Shown here one piece after another: positions 52,770 through 63,789 of a stretch of 64,000 nt of DNA; position 1 is the stretch's first letter, and the number at the start of each line of letters is the position of its first letter. Position numbers and translations under genes: made by a program. Source of the DNA: Camelus dromedarius (taxonomy: Eukaryota); NCBI RefSeq assembly GCF_036321535.1, contig NC_087436.1, positions 117,120,001-117,184,000 of the forward strand, read 5' to 3'. The notes under the pieces are model-generated. The model did no database searches. It worked only from the letters and a program-made list of their open reading frames with translations, and had not been told where the DNA came from.

Positions 52770-54260
52770 GAAGTTTTTAAATGGTGAAACATAGTATGCT
52801 TACAAAAGTATATAAAAAGCATACAAAGATAGTTTAAAGTCTAGCACCCACCTAAGATTAAGAATAAGAATGAAAGAGAATAGAAAATCCTACAAATGCC
52901 CCTCTCCAATCATTTCTTCCACCAGCCCCTAGAGGTGACCCCTGACCTGACATTTGAAATAATTGTTTCTTGGCTTCTCTTTGTAGTTTTATAATCTATA
53001 TATAATTCCCCCAAAGCCTTTTAATTTTGCTTATTTTTGCATTTTATATATGGAATCATACCATATGCATTCTTTTGTTCCTGGCTTATTTCCTTCAATC
53101 TTATTTTTGGTAAGATTTTATTTTGTGTGCTTGCATGTAGCTATAGTTCATTCATGTTTGTGGCTGTCACATTTCATTTTATAACTGTTCCAAAGTGTGT
53201 TCATCCATTCTGCTGTCAATTGGCATCTGGATTGTTTCCTGTTTGGAACCGTTAAAAGCAATGCTACCATGGATGTTTGGATAGATGTATCCTAGGGCAA
53301 ATGGGAAAGAGGAGTTTTTAAGAGGAAGTTTCTAGAAATGGATTTGCTGGGTTGTGGGTTAGGCTCATCCTCAACTTTACAAGATAATGCAAACTATTTT
53401 CCAAGATGATTGTACAAATTAAACTCACACCATAAATGTGCAAGAGCACACACTGCTGGTCACTGCGTACTTTTACCAGACTTTTCAGTCCTTAACCCAC
53501 CTGGGGATTGTGTGAGTTCCCCACAAGTACTGGGAACTGCTCTGAGTTCTCGTACGACCTTCACGACAGGCCGCAGACATCAGTATCATCATTCCCCTTT
53601 TGCAGATGAGCAAGTCAAAGTCCACCTTGTTTAAATAACTAGCAAATCATGGTGCTGGGATTCAAGCCCAGGTCTGTGTGACCTGAACCTGTGCCTCTTC
53701 TGTCATGTCATACTCTGGCTGTTGTTGGAGAAGTTTGTGGGCCCTTATTGGGTTGCTGTGGGTAACTGTGAGCATCTTGGGGATGGGACTCTCTTGGGGA
53801 ATGTAGTGCACCAGGACCTCAGGCTTTGGGGAACATCAGAATCACTGAGTCCCACCCCAAACCCACTGACTCAGAATTGACAGCAGTGGGGGTCTAGTGA
53901 GTGTGGAGTAGACATCTCATTGTGGTTTTAACTTGTGTGTCCCTGTTGACTAATGATAGTGAGCATCATGTCATTAGCTTCCTGGTCATTTGAAATTTTT
54001 TTGAAGTCTGTTCAAGTCTTTCACTCATTTCTAATTGGGTTGTCTTCTTATTGACTTGTTAGAATTCTTTACACACTGAGGATACAAGTCCTTTGTATTG
54101 CAAACATGTTAGCTCAGTCTGTGGCTTGTCTTCATTTTTCTTGATGTCTTCTAAAGATCAGAACACTTTAATTTTGATGAAATCTAAATGAGCATTTTCT
54201 TTTCCTTTAGGACTAGTGTTTTTGTGTGTCTTGAACCTTTATTTACCCCAGGGTGGCAAG
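52770..54260 (-). mobile_element. Old L1 (L1ME-like) fragments interrupted by MIR/MER pieces
   Basis: TATGGAATCATACCATATGCATTCTTTTG..., CATCTCATTGTGGTTTTAACTTG... antisense L1 motifs. Confidence 0.6.
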
Positions 54261-54664
54261 TATTCTCTCTTATGTTAGGGATGCATATTTTAAACACATT
54301 TCCAGTGTGATTCTGCTATGCACCAAAGTTGGACAAGTCCAGGAATAACAATTTCCCCGGGCTCAGAGTCAGATCTGAGTTTGACTGAGGTTTGCCACTT
54401 AACTGAGCAAGTCACTGTCTCTCCGAGCCTTGGTTTCCTTTTCTGCAAAGGGATCGGGTCCAGCCACAAAATTTGTTAGAAGGATTCAATGAACTAAAGC
54501 TCAAACAGAACTTAGCAGAGTGCCTTGCAGGAAGAAGGCTGTTTTGTTTATATACTGGCTGGCTTCGAGCCACAGGACCAGACAGAAGGCATTCCTAATA
54601 CTATACCTAACTCCTGGTTAGGTATTCCTAACACCTCATAACACGGTCTGTTGCTTGTTTTCAG

Positions 54665-54825
54665 TACATCAAGGCCTTTTACAGTGAGTCGTGGGAAAGA
54701 AGGCACGGACATCCGATAGACCAGGACAGTCTGACTCTGCTCTGGTCTGTGACTGTGTCCATATTCGCCATCAGTGGACTCATGGGGACGCTAATGGTGA
54801 AGTTGATTGGAAGAGTTCTTGGGAG
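54665..54825 (+). CDS. SLC2A9: SLC2A9 exon, 161 nt (extracellular loop 1 and TM2): [53 protein letters not shown](R)
   Basis: Matches human [43 protein letters not shown]... as recalled. Acceptor TTTTCAG, donor GAG|GTCAGT, ends in phase 2. Confidence 0.95.
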
Positions 54826-55804
54826 GTCAGTGGGGGCCGTCTGTTTGGCGATCCCCTCTGTCATGTTCATGATATGTCTGTGTAAGAGTCAGGATCCCAG
54901 CAGGCAGCAGAGTTCCACCCATACAGTGCAACTGGAGAGATTTTAATGTTGGGAGGGCAAGGAGAGGAAACAGGGTACCAGAAGCCCAGGAGCGGGGAAT
55001 CGGTGGGCGATGGGCTGACGAGCAGGCGCTGAGGTTGTGGGGGCGCTGAGCTATGTCAGAACCCTAGTGTCCACACAGAGAGGGAGCTGGGAAGAAATAT
55101 CCTGGCTTCTCTCTCCTCCTGCCCTCCAGTCTGCTGCAGGTCTCTCACAGGTTAAACCCAAGTGGAAGCCAGAAAAGCCAGGAGTCTCACTGGTAGGGAG
55201 GACCAGCCCTCAGGGCACAGAGCAGGGCAGGGAGAGAGGAGACGGTCAGGGTGCCACGGCAAATGCAGAGCAGTCAGCACAGGGTCTTAGAGACGGTTCC
55301 ATGGAAGTACCTTGAGTTCTGCTTTTCCAAAATCAGTTGCTTAGACAATCTTCCATTGTATGACTGGATGAGAACCTATTTAACCAGTTCCCTATTGATA
55401 GACATTTAGGTTATTTCAAATCCTCTGCATTACAAATCCGCTGCAGTGAGTATCAAAAGCTTCATATTGAAATTCTCCATCCAGGCCCTCTCCAGTCAGA
55501 TCCACTTTACCTCTGAGCTTCATTCCTCACTTATTTTTTTACGGGAAGCCTTCTCTTAGATCTGATTGACTTTTCAGAAAATCCCCCCAAATATTTCCCC
55601 TGTGTCCTTGCTCACAGCGACGTCCTGGGGGACACTCTAATGGAGACGCGATGACCGGGAGGGACCCAAACCAACTCCACAGACCTGGATGGTCTTGGGC
55701 ATGGCACGCCTTCTACTTTGTCACCTTCACCAGAAAATTCATATTCCAAGTTGCCTGTGGTATCCAGGGAGTTTCTGTCTGGTGATGTTTCCTGTCTGGG
55801 CCTC

Positions 55805-56500
55805 TGACTCATTCAGTCATTCATTTACTCCCCAGGCGTTGACCGAGCGCCCGCTGGGCCTGGCGCTCCTCTCCACGCTGGGGACGCGGTGGCGAGCAGG
55901 ACCGCCGGTCCCTGTGCCCGGCGCTCACATGCTGAAGGGTGGACGGGTACATCGTGGGACCCACAGGGTAGACAGTGGCAGCCCTGGGAGGAAAATGACG
56001 CAGGCGGGCAGACAGCAAGGGCGACTGCAGACGGGGCTCCGGGAGACCGCGCGGGGCGGAGACAGGGGCGGAGACCGGCATGACCCAAGGGTGAGAAACA
56101 AGCGCATGTTGGGGGAGTTGTGGGAAGAATCCAATGTCCCTGAGGTGGGAGCGTGCTTGGCAGGTCCAAGGAGGAGTGAGGAGGCCAGTGTGGCTGGAGC
56201 TTGGTGAGTCGGGGTGAGTGGGTGCAGACGAGGTGGAGGAGGGGCCGGTCAGCTCATGGAGGACTTGTAGGCCACAGTGAGGACTGAGGATGTGAGCTGA
56301 GTGTGACGGAAGCCGGGGAGGGTTGAGAGGGATGCGACATGAGCTGGTTATGTTTCAGTAAGAATCCTTCCTCCTTCCATGTGGAGAGGCGTGGGTGAGG
56401 GGAGGGCAGGAGTGGAAAGAGGGAGCCAGCCATCTGGAGGAGAGGGCTCTGGGTGGGACACGGTAGCGGTGATACGTGGCCTGACTCCGGCTGTAGGGGG
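55805..56500. mobile_element. L2 fragment, strongly GC-shifted in its first 300 nt
   Basis: CATTCATTTACTCCCCAGGCGTTGACCGAGCGCCCGCTGGGCCTGGCGCTC...GCTGGGGACGCGGTGGCGAGCAGGAC is colinear with the L2 3'-end motif CATTCA..AAATATTTATTGAGCACCTACTATGTGCCAGGCACTG...CTGGGGATACAGCAGTGAACAAGAC. Confidence 0.7.
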
Positions 56501-57179
56501 GCCACCAAACCAACCCTGCCCTCTTTCTAAACACATGCATCTGTAGAGTATTAGTTTTAGGCGTTTGTGGAAAGATCGCCAGCTTTTGTTAGAAACCCCT
56601 GGGTTTGGATCCCAGCCCTGCCATTTGCCAATTACTGACTTTTGATAAGTTACTGAATGGTTCTGAGCCTCAGTTTCCCAAATTGTAAAATGGGAGCAAC
56701 CAAATCTACTTCGAAGGGCTGTTAAAAGGCTGACATGAAGATATATACACACACACATACAGACGTATGTATATAAACTGCCTAATGCTGCTGGAACCCA
56801 GTAAGAGCTTGTTAAGGGCTAGTGCCCTTCCTTGTCCGTCTCTTACAAACGGGGGGCACCAGGCGTCATTATCAGTGCCGTGAACGAGGCAGGGAGGGGA
56901 GAGCCGAACAGTGAGGGGCCAGACAGGAGGTCAGGGAGAAAGAGACTTCACTTACCTCCACTGCGCTGCTGGTGGGAACTAATCAGGATTCTCTAATAAC
57001 CTAAGCTCTTGCTCCCCAATCTTGGTCTTCAGTAGAAGGGAGATGCCTACAGGAAGAAGGTTAACTGCAGAGAATAATGCCTGATACTCATGTAATGTTT
57101 TCTAATTGACCACTCATCTTCATCACCTTTGGTCTCCCACTAATGCTGAAAGGCTGTTATTTTTTTTTTTCCAACTGTC

Positions 57180-57965
57180 ATGGATTTTTCGCCATGATAG
57201 ACCAAATGTTGGGCAGAAAACAAGCGTCAATCAGTTTGAACAGACTGAAGTTATATAAGTCTATTCTCTGACCACAACATGATTAAGTTAGAAATTGCAA
57301 ACAGCGTCTAGGAAGCCCCCCTAAATTTGGAAAATAATAAAAACACACTTCTAAATATTGTATGAGTCAAAGAAGAAGTTACAAGGGACATTTAAAATAT
57401 TTTTGACTGAATGATAATGAAAATACAACATATCAAAATTTGTTGGATGCAGTTAGAGAAAAAAGTGGCTTTTAATGCTTATATTAGAAAAGAACAGGAT
57501 TTGATAAACTCTGTCCCTTGGGACGAATTTGGCCTGTAGTCTGTTTTTTATGGCCTGTGAACCAGAGGGTATTATGTTCAGTGAAGACAGAGAAAGACAA
57601 ATACTGTATGTTTTCACTTATACGTGGAATCTAAAAAACAAAACAAATGAACGAACATAACAAAACAGAACAGACTCATAGACTCAGGGAACAAACAGAC
57701 AGCTGCTAGAGGGAAGGAGGGTGGGGGTTGGGCGAAATAGATGAGGGAGCTTAAGAGGTACAAACTTGTAGTTATAAGATAAGTGAGTCAGGGGATGCAA
57801 TGTACAGCACAGGAAATACAGCCGGTGCTACTGCAGCAACTTTGCGTGGTGACAGATGGTAAAGAGATTTGGTGGTGATCATTTTGTAATGTATAAACAT
57901 ATCGAGTCACTGTGTTGTGCACCTGAAATGAATATAATATTGTAAGTCAACTGTACTTCAATGAA
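57180..57965 (+). mobile_element. L1 fragments (ORF2 endonuclease-region piece and a 3' UTR piece)
   Basis: TTCTCTGACCACAAC..AATACAACATATCAAAATTTG; GACAGAGAAAGACAAATACTGTATG...GTAAGTCAACTGTACTTCAAT. Confidence 0.75.
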
Positions 57966-59339
57966 AGGCTTTGCTGTCGTTTTATGTAAGAGGACACTGA
58001 GGCTCAGAGACTTGAGACAATGAAATGGTTAAGGGTGAGGGTCATGAATTAAGATGGCCTGGGTTCTGCCACCTACCTAGGTTAATTTCATCACCTTGTC
58101 TGTATCAGGCTTTGCTATATTAAAAAACAAAACAAAACAAAAACATAATGGCTTAAGGCAATAACCATTTTGCTGAGCTTACAGTTTTGAGGGTTGGCAG
58201 GGCGGTTCTGACCTGGGCCGGCCCTGCTGGGCTCTGCTGGGCTCTCTCCCCGTGGCTGAGGCTGGCTGCAGGTCGGTCAGTGGCTGGATAAACTTGGATA
58301 GTCTCACTCACATGCGGTTACCCGCAGGTTGGCTGGTCTCAGGGGATCCCGCAGGGCCAGCTCATCTCTGCTGCACGTGGCCTCTCACCCTCGGGTGCCC
58401 TTGGAATTGCCGTGGAGTTCTCGTGGTTCCAACAAGCAACAAGAGGGGTGAGTGCCTCAGGGAGCTCGCACACACTGTTCTCCCTGCCCAGATCACTCTT
58501 CCCTGCACTATCCCTGTAGCTAGTTCCTCATCCACCCCAGGACACTGCTCAGAAGCCAATACAATGAGGCTTCGCTGGCCACCCCATGTAAAACTGCAAC
58601 TTCTCCACCCAGGCATCCTCTGTCTCCTCCCTCCAACCCCACTTTGTGTTTCTCTGGAGCCCTTGTCACCCCCTACCACACGGCACATTCCTCATGCTTA
58701 TGCTCAGCCTCCCTCCAATACAATCCCCCCAGCCCTGCCCAGGATACAGACTGCTCAACAGCAAGGCTTTTTATCTGTTTCATTGCCATTGCCTCGGCTT
58801 CTAACAGTGACCACAGTGACCACCTCTCAGTATACACTCAGTAAATGTCTGTTGAATGGTAAATAAGTGAAAAATGAGGCTCCTTTGCCATAAAGAAATG
58901 GTTTAATTAATAGATAGATAGATAAATAGATAGATAAATAGATAGAAGGAATTATGTTTTTGAAGTAGTTAGAAAAAGTGTCTGTTTAAAGATACCAGAT
59001 AGCTACCTAGGTAGGGAGGACTTATAGGACCACAGTCTGGGAAAGGAGTAAAACCCAGAGAGGTAAGCCCACATTGGGGGCAGCTTTTCCTCTTAGAGGT
59101 ATCTCCTAATTCCACAATGATGGCTGAGAATCTGAGATGCTTATTAGACCTCTCAGCAGATTCATGGAGCTGATGAGGAGGAACTGGGGTCGAACTCCTA
59201 TCACTAGTCACAGTAAGGCTACACCATAGGAGCAAGGGTCAACCATAAATATATCAGCTCTTCAGACCCTTTCAATCACTGATGGAATCCTGGTAAACTG
59301 GGATTGCTCGTGCCTCTAGCCTGTCACCCTGCCAGATGC

Positions 59340-60270
59340 GTTCATCCAGAACCTCAAACTATTTTTACAATTTTCATATATGCTCTGGCATTAAATAAAA
59401 AATAACCAGGCATAAAGAAGAAAATCAGGAGATATAACAGAAATAAGAAACAAACTGATAGTGATTCTGGAAATAAAAGTATCTGACACAACCTTTAAAA
59501 CAATTATGTTTAATATGTTCAGATGATCAAGAGATATGGTCAAGAATTTTGGCAAAGAAATGAAAGTTATATTTTGATTTACCAAATCAAAATTCTGGAA
59601 CTAAAAAATGCAAAAGCTGAAGTTAAGAATTTAATGGATTGTTTTATCAGTAGGTTGCACTCAACTGAATCAAGAATCAGGGAACTAAAGCATCAAAAAT
59701 CAGAAGAAAATATCCGGATTGAAGCATGAAAATACAGAAAAGATGGTAAGAAATGTCTGGGAAATTGTAAAAATGCCTAGCATGCATAAATTGGAGAATC
59801 AGAAAGAGAGGAGACAGAGCATGGAGAAAAAGCAGTTTTTGTGAACTAATGGCCAACACTTTTTTCAAGACTGATGAACAACATCAAGCAAACCTGAGAA
59901 GCAGCATGGATCCCGAGGAGGATAAACACAAGGAAAACCACACCTATGCACAGTTTAGTAAAATTTCTGACTACCAAGGCAAAACAAAAAGTTATTCTAA
60001 AACACAGTCAGGATAAAAAGATATCCTACCTTCAAATTAGTAAGAATAGAATGGACAGCTGGCTATTCAACAAAAACAAAGGAAGACGAAAAAGCAGCAA
60101 AATGTTATTTTCAAAGAGCTGACAGAAAAGAACTGCCAACCTAGAATTCTCCACCCAATGAAAATGTCTTTCAAAATTAAAGGTGAAACAAAGACACCTT
60201 TTCAAGTCAAACAAAAGCTAATAAAGTTTGTCACCAGCACACTTGCACAAAAGTACAAGACGCTAAGTAG
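59340..60270 (+). mobile_element. Ancient L1 ORF1-region fragment
   Basis: A-rich, with AAAATTCTGGAACTAAAAAAT and AACTGCCAACCTAGAATTCT..CCCA.TGAAAATGTCTTTCAAAA ORF1-type motifs. Confidence 0.65.
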
Positions 60271-60280
60271 TGTTCTTTAG

Positions 60281-60750
60281 CTGGGGAGCACCGAGGCTTC
60301 CTGGCAGCACTAGAAGCCAGGCGAGGGCACGGAACAGACTCTCCTTCAGAGCCTCCAGAGGAGACCAACCCTGCTGATACCTTGATATTATACCTCTGGC
60401 CTCCAGAGCTCTGCGAACGCAATTTCTGTTCCCCCCAGTCATAGCACTTCATGACGGCAGCAAAGGAAACCACCACACCTCCTCACTCACGGAGACCTTC
60501 ATCTATTGAAATCAGCCCCTTCCCATCACAATTCACCCCACCATCTCGTCTTAACATTCCCTGGCTGGTGACAGCATCACTCCCATCTCTGCCTCCATCT
60601 TCACATGCCTCTGTGTCTCCATGAATCTTCACATGGCCTTATTATAAGGACACTGGCCTTTGGATTGAGGGCCCACCCTAGTCCAATGTGACCTCATCTT
60701 AACTTGATTACATCTGCAAAGGACCCGTTAGGTCAAATTGGGTCACGTTC
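60281..60750. mobile_element. Two MLT1 LTR fragments in opposite orientations
   Basis: 60281-60478 is an MLT1 3' end in sense (CCTCCAGAGGAGACCAACCCTGCTGATACCTTGAT). About 60560-60750 is antisense (TTATAAGGACAC..GGATTGAGGGCCCACCCTA..ACATCTGCAAAG). Confidence 0.65.
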
Positions 60751-60993
60751 GTGGGAAGGAGTGAAGCTGAGCTGAGACAGGAGGACAGGAGGGAGTCAGC
60801 CTGTGGAGCTGTGTGGACGAGGGCTCCAGAGAAACAGAACAGCCAAGGCTGAGGTCCTGTGGTCAGAATAAGCCTGGAGTGTTCAGTAAACCCTACAGCT
60901 GGGGCACCTGGGAGAAGGAAAGGCAAGAGATGAGGTCAGAGATCGAGAGAGGCCACTCGGGTGTGTGGGATGCTTGGCGCAGCACTACGGGCC

Positions 60994-61107
60994 TAGGATG
61001 GCCAACTGTCCTGGTTTGCCCAGCACTCAGGGGGTTCCCAGGACAGAGAACGTTCAGTGCGGAAACCAGGATGGTCCACAGCAAACTGGGATGTGTTGGT
61101 CATCCTA
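60994..61107. mobile_element. MER81-like hAT MITE
   Basis: 114 nt with terminal inverted repeats TAGGATGGCCAAC / GTTGGTCATCCTA. Confidence 0.7.
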
Positions 61108-61840
61108 TGACCAGCTTTCAAATAGACCATCTCCTCATTCACCACTGGTTTAGCCATCAGCATTTCATTTTTCCATGTCATTTCACAACAGGCAAGTAAA
61201 AAGAGTCTCCATTAATTGACAGCCTACTGTGTGCCAGGCACTCTGCTAAGCACTTCCATGTATCCAGTCTGTGCAGGCTCCCTGTGAAGGAGGGTTCTTA
61301 CTGTGTCAGACGGGCTCCGTGTCCTTCACCACGACCCACGCCCCCTCTCTCCTGCCAGCCTTATCATTTCCTTATTAGCTTTTTGTGAGATGATGATAAT
61401 TATCCCCAGGGGGTAGGAGGCGTGTGAGGGTGAAGACCTAACAGTTTTCTAAGTGTCCATCAAGTGACCATACATGAGGCGGGTGCTTTATTTATAGTAA
61501 TTTTATTCCCACCGCAACAGGAATAGGCAGCAATGATTACCCTTTCACAGGTGAGTAAGCGGAGCTACAGGAAGCTAATTAACTTGATCAAGGTCACCCC
61601 GTGCAGAAGGCAGGGCTCTGGGACTTGAATCCTTGCACATTTCTCTCTATTCCACTGCCCCCTAAGCAGCATTGTGCCAAATTGATCTGTGGCCAGCCCA
61701 TTTTTACATGAGGCCAGATGCTCTCAATATGTGTGTTTGGGATAAAAATCCAAATATTATCCAGTTTATGTTGCAACTTTGGAGATAATTCCTGTCTTTT
61801 TGCTTCTTAAGCATGTTTGCCTTGAGGGGTGAACAACTGT

Positions 61841-61892
61841 CACTACCACCATCACCACCATCACCACCACCATCACCACCATCACCATCACC
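61841..61892 (+). repeat. (CAC/CAT)n trinucleotide repeat
   Basis: Directly visible. Confidence 0.9.
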
Positions 61893-62120
61893 TCAACCCC
61901 AACATCAGCTGTATCCTCTCCTGAAATCCACGTCCCAGCCATACTTTACGGATTAAGTGATAAAGCGTGTGTTAAAGTGTTGGCAGTTTGTGCAGAGTGC
62001 TGGCAGTGGTACTGTGGCTACAATGCTAGTTTTGTCAATCTCAAAGCAGAGGGAGGTGCCACGACCAGAGTCTTCCCTGGAGGAGCCACCTCTCTCACTG
62101 CTGCCACGCTTCCTTCACAG

Positions 62121-62266
62121 GCATCGCCCTCAGTGCGCTCCCCACGCACCTGAGCGAGATCTCGCCCAGGGAGATCCGTGGCTCTCTGGGGCAGGCGACT
62201 GCCACCTTCATCTGCATTGGCGTGTTCCCTGGGCAGCTGCCGGGCCTCCCTGAGCTGCTGGGAAAG
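62121..62266 (+). CDS. SLC2A9: SLC2A9 exon, 146 nt (TM4-TM5), heavily substituted: (G)[48 protein letters not shown]
   Basis: Matches human [49 protein letters not shown] as recalled. Acceptor CCTTCACAG, donor AAG|GTAAGT, starts in phase 1. Confidence 0.92.
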
Positions 62267-63789
62267 GTAAGTGTGGCTCCGCAGCCAACCACGTCCGTTC
62301 TCATTCCACATCACCATCTCAGCTCCCCATGTCCCTTGCAGGACGAAGGGTAGTCAGTGAACCCTCCCCCCAAAAGTTCGTTCCTAAGCCTTGGAATTCC
62401 CGAGCATTCAAGCCTTTCACGTATCACTGGAGAAAAGTTGTTGTTGAGTTCCTTTGATTGAGTTTGATTTTTTTTTTTTTTTAGAAAATAAAGAATATAC
62501 AACAAATTCAAAGCTCATAGAGCGTTTGAATCCACCCATTCAATAGCTCTTGCTAACAGCTCAATTAGAATTCATTTAGGCTTTTTCCCTTGCTTATTCA
62601 AACTTAAACACAGGTGGTTTTTTTTTTTTTTTGTTTGTTTTTAATGGAATCATGCCATATGCATTGTTCTGCTACTTGCTGTCTTCATTTAATGTATTTT
62701 GGGACTCTTGCCAAGATGTTTTCAGCTCTACTTCACTCTAGAGTCTTTCCTTCCCACATAAATATGCATAGTCTTCTGTTTTTGGCTTTCTGTTTTGGAA
62801 GCAGGAAGGTCTGACTTTAAATCCCAGTGCAACAATATACCTGCTGTGTGGCCTTGGCAAGGAGGAGTGCCTCATCCAGATTGGGGTGGGGAGGGATGTG
62901 ATCAAGGAAGGCTTCCCAGAAGGGGTGGCCTCTAAATTGAACCCTGAAGGGTGAGCAGCAGTTAGGCAGGTAATGATGGAGTTCAGAGAGAAGACACTGC
63001 CCGGAAAGGGGGCAGCTAAAGAAAAGGCCCTGAGATGGGAAAGGGGCTGTGAAAGACTGGGAGTGGCTTGGGGGCTGAGGGAGGAGCACGTGCAGGGAGG
63101 GCGGGAGGGGAGGCACCTGTTCCCTGAGCCGCAGTAGACTTACCCCTGGGGGAGTAGGGAGCCCTAGGTGGCACGAGAGCAGGAGAGTGACAAGGCCACA
63201 TCTGAGTTAGAAGGTGGCTCTGGGGTCGTGGGGGGCAGGTGTGGACAAGGGTGGGAAGGGTGAGGAGGGAGGAGAGGGACCTGACGGAGACTTGCTGTGG
63301 GTGCCCGTGGTGAGGGTAGGCGGAGGCGGGAACTGAGGCAGTGGACCAGAGGAGAGAGAAGGGGTGGACTGAGACCCCGGGCCTTGCTGCCTGAGTATCC
63401 GATGAGCACGAGGGAAGGAGAAGCGCGAGGACCCCTCCCAGGGACACGAGGCGTCCCCTCCCCACTGACACAAGAGGGCCGGGAGGGAGGAGATTAAACC
63501 GCTAGTGAGGGTCCAGCGCCCAATGCCCGCCACTTCTGGGCGCGTGAGCGGAGCACAGCTGTCACGCCGGCCCTGCGCTGAGTGCCCACGGCCGGGGCCG
63601 CGTCACGGGCAGCTGTATCTGCAGGCGTGGGAACGGGAGCTGAGAGCCGGGCGGGGCTCACTACTGGGAAAATGCTGGAGCTGCAGCCGGAACCCGCTCA
63701 GTCCGCCCGCCGAGCCACGCGTGCGGGTGTCTTCCTCCGCCCGGAACGGGGCCCTCTGGGCTCTCTGGGAATGTGAGAATGACTGACTA

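Larger units (their letters stand above)
29354..62266 (+). pseudogene. SLC2A9: SLC2A9 (5' half), probably degenerate; gene continues beyond the window
   Basis: The expected 125-nt exon (KHTLL..NNGFA..GRFIMG.DG) was not found by eye, the flanking exon phases are incompatible, and many conserved residues are changed. Confidence 0.6.

Noticed and set aside
58252..58866. 204-aa ORF in the interval lacking the exon
   Set aside because: Spans LTR- and L2-like sequence and has no similarity to GLUT TM3-TM4.
61957..62253. 98-aa ORF overlapping the 146-nt exon
   Set aside because: It is the shifted reading frame of the SLC2A9 exon, not a separate gene.
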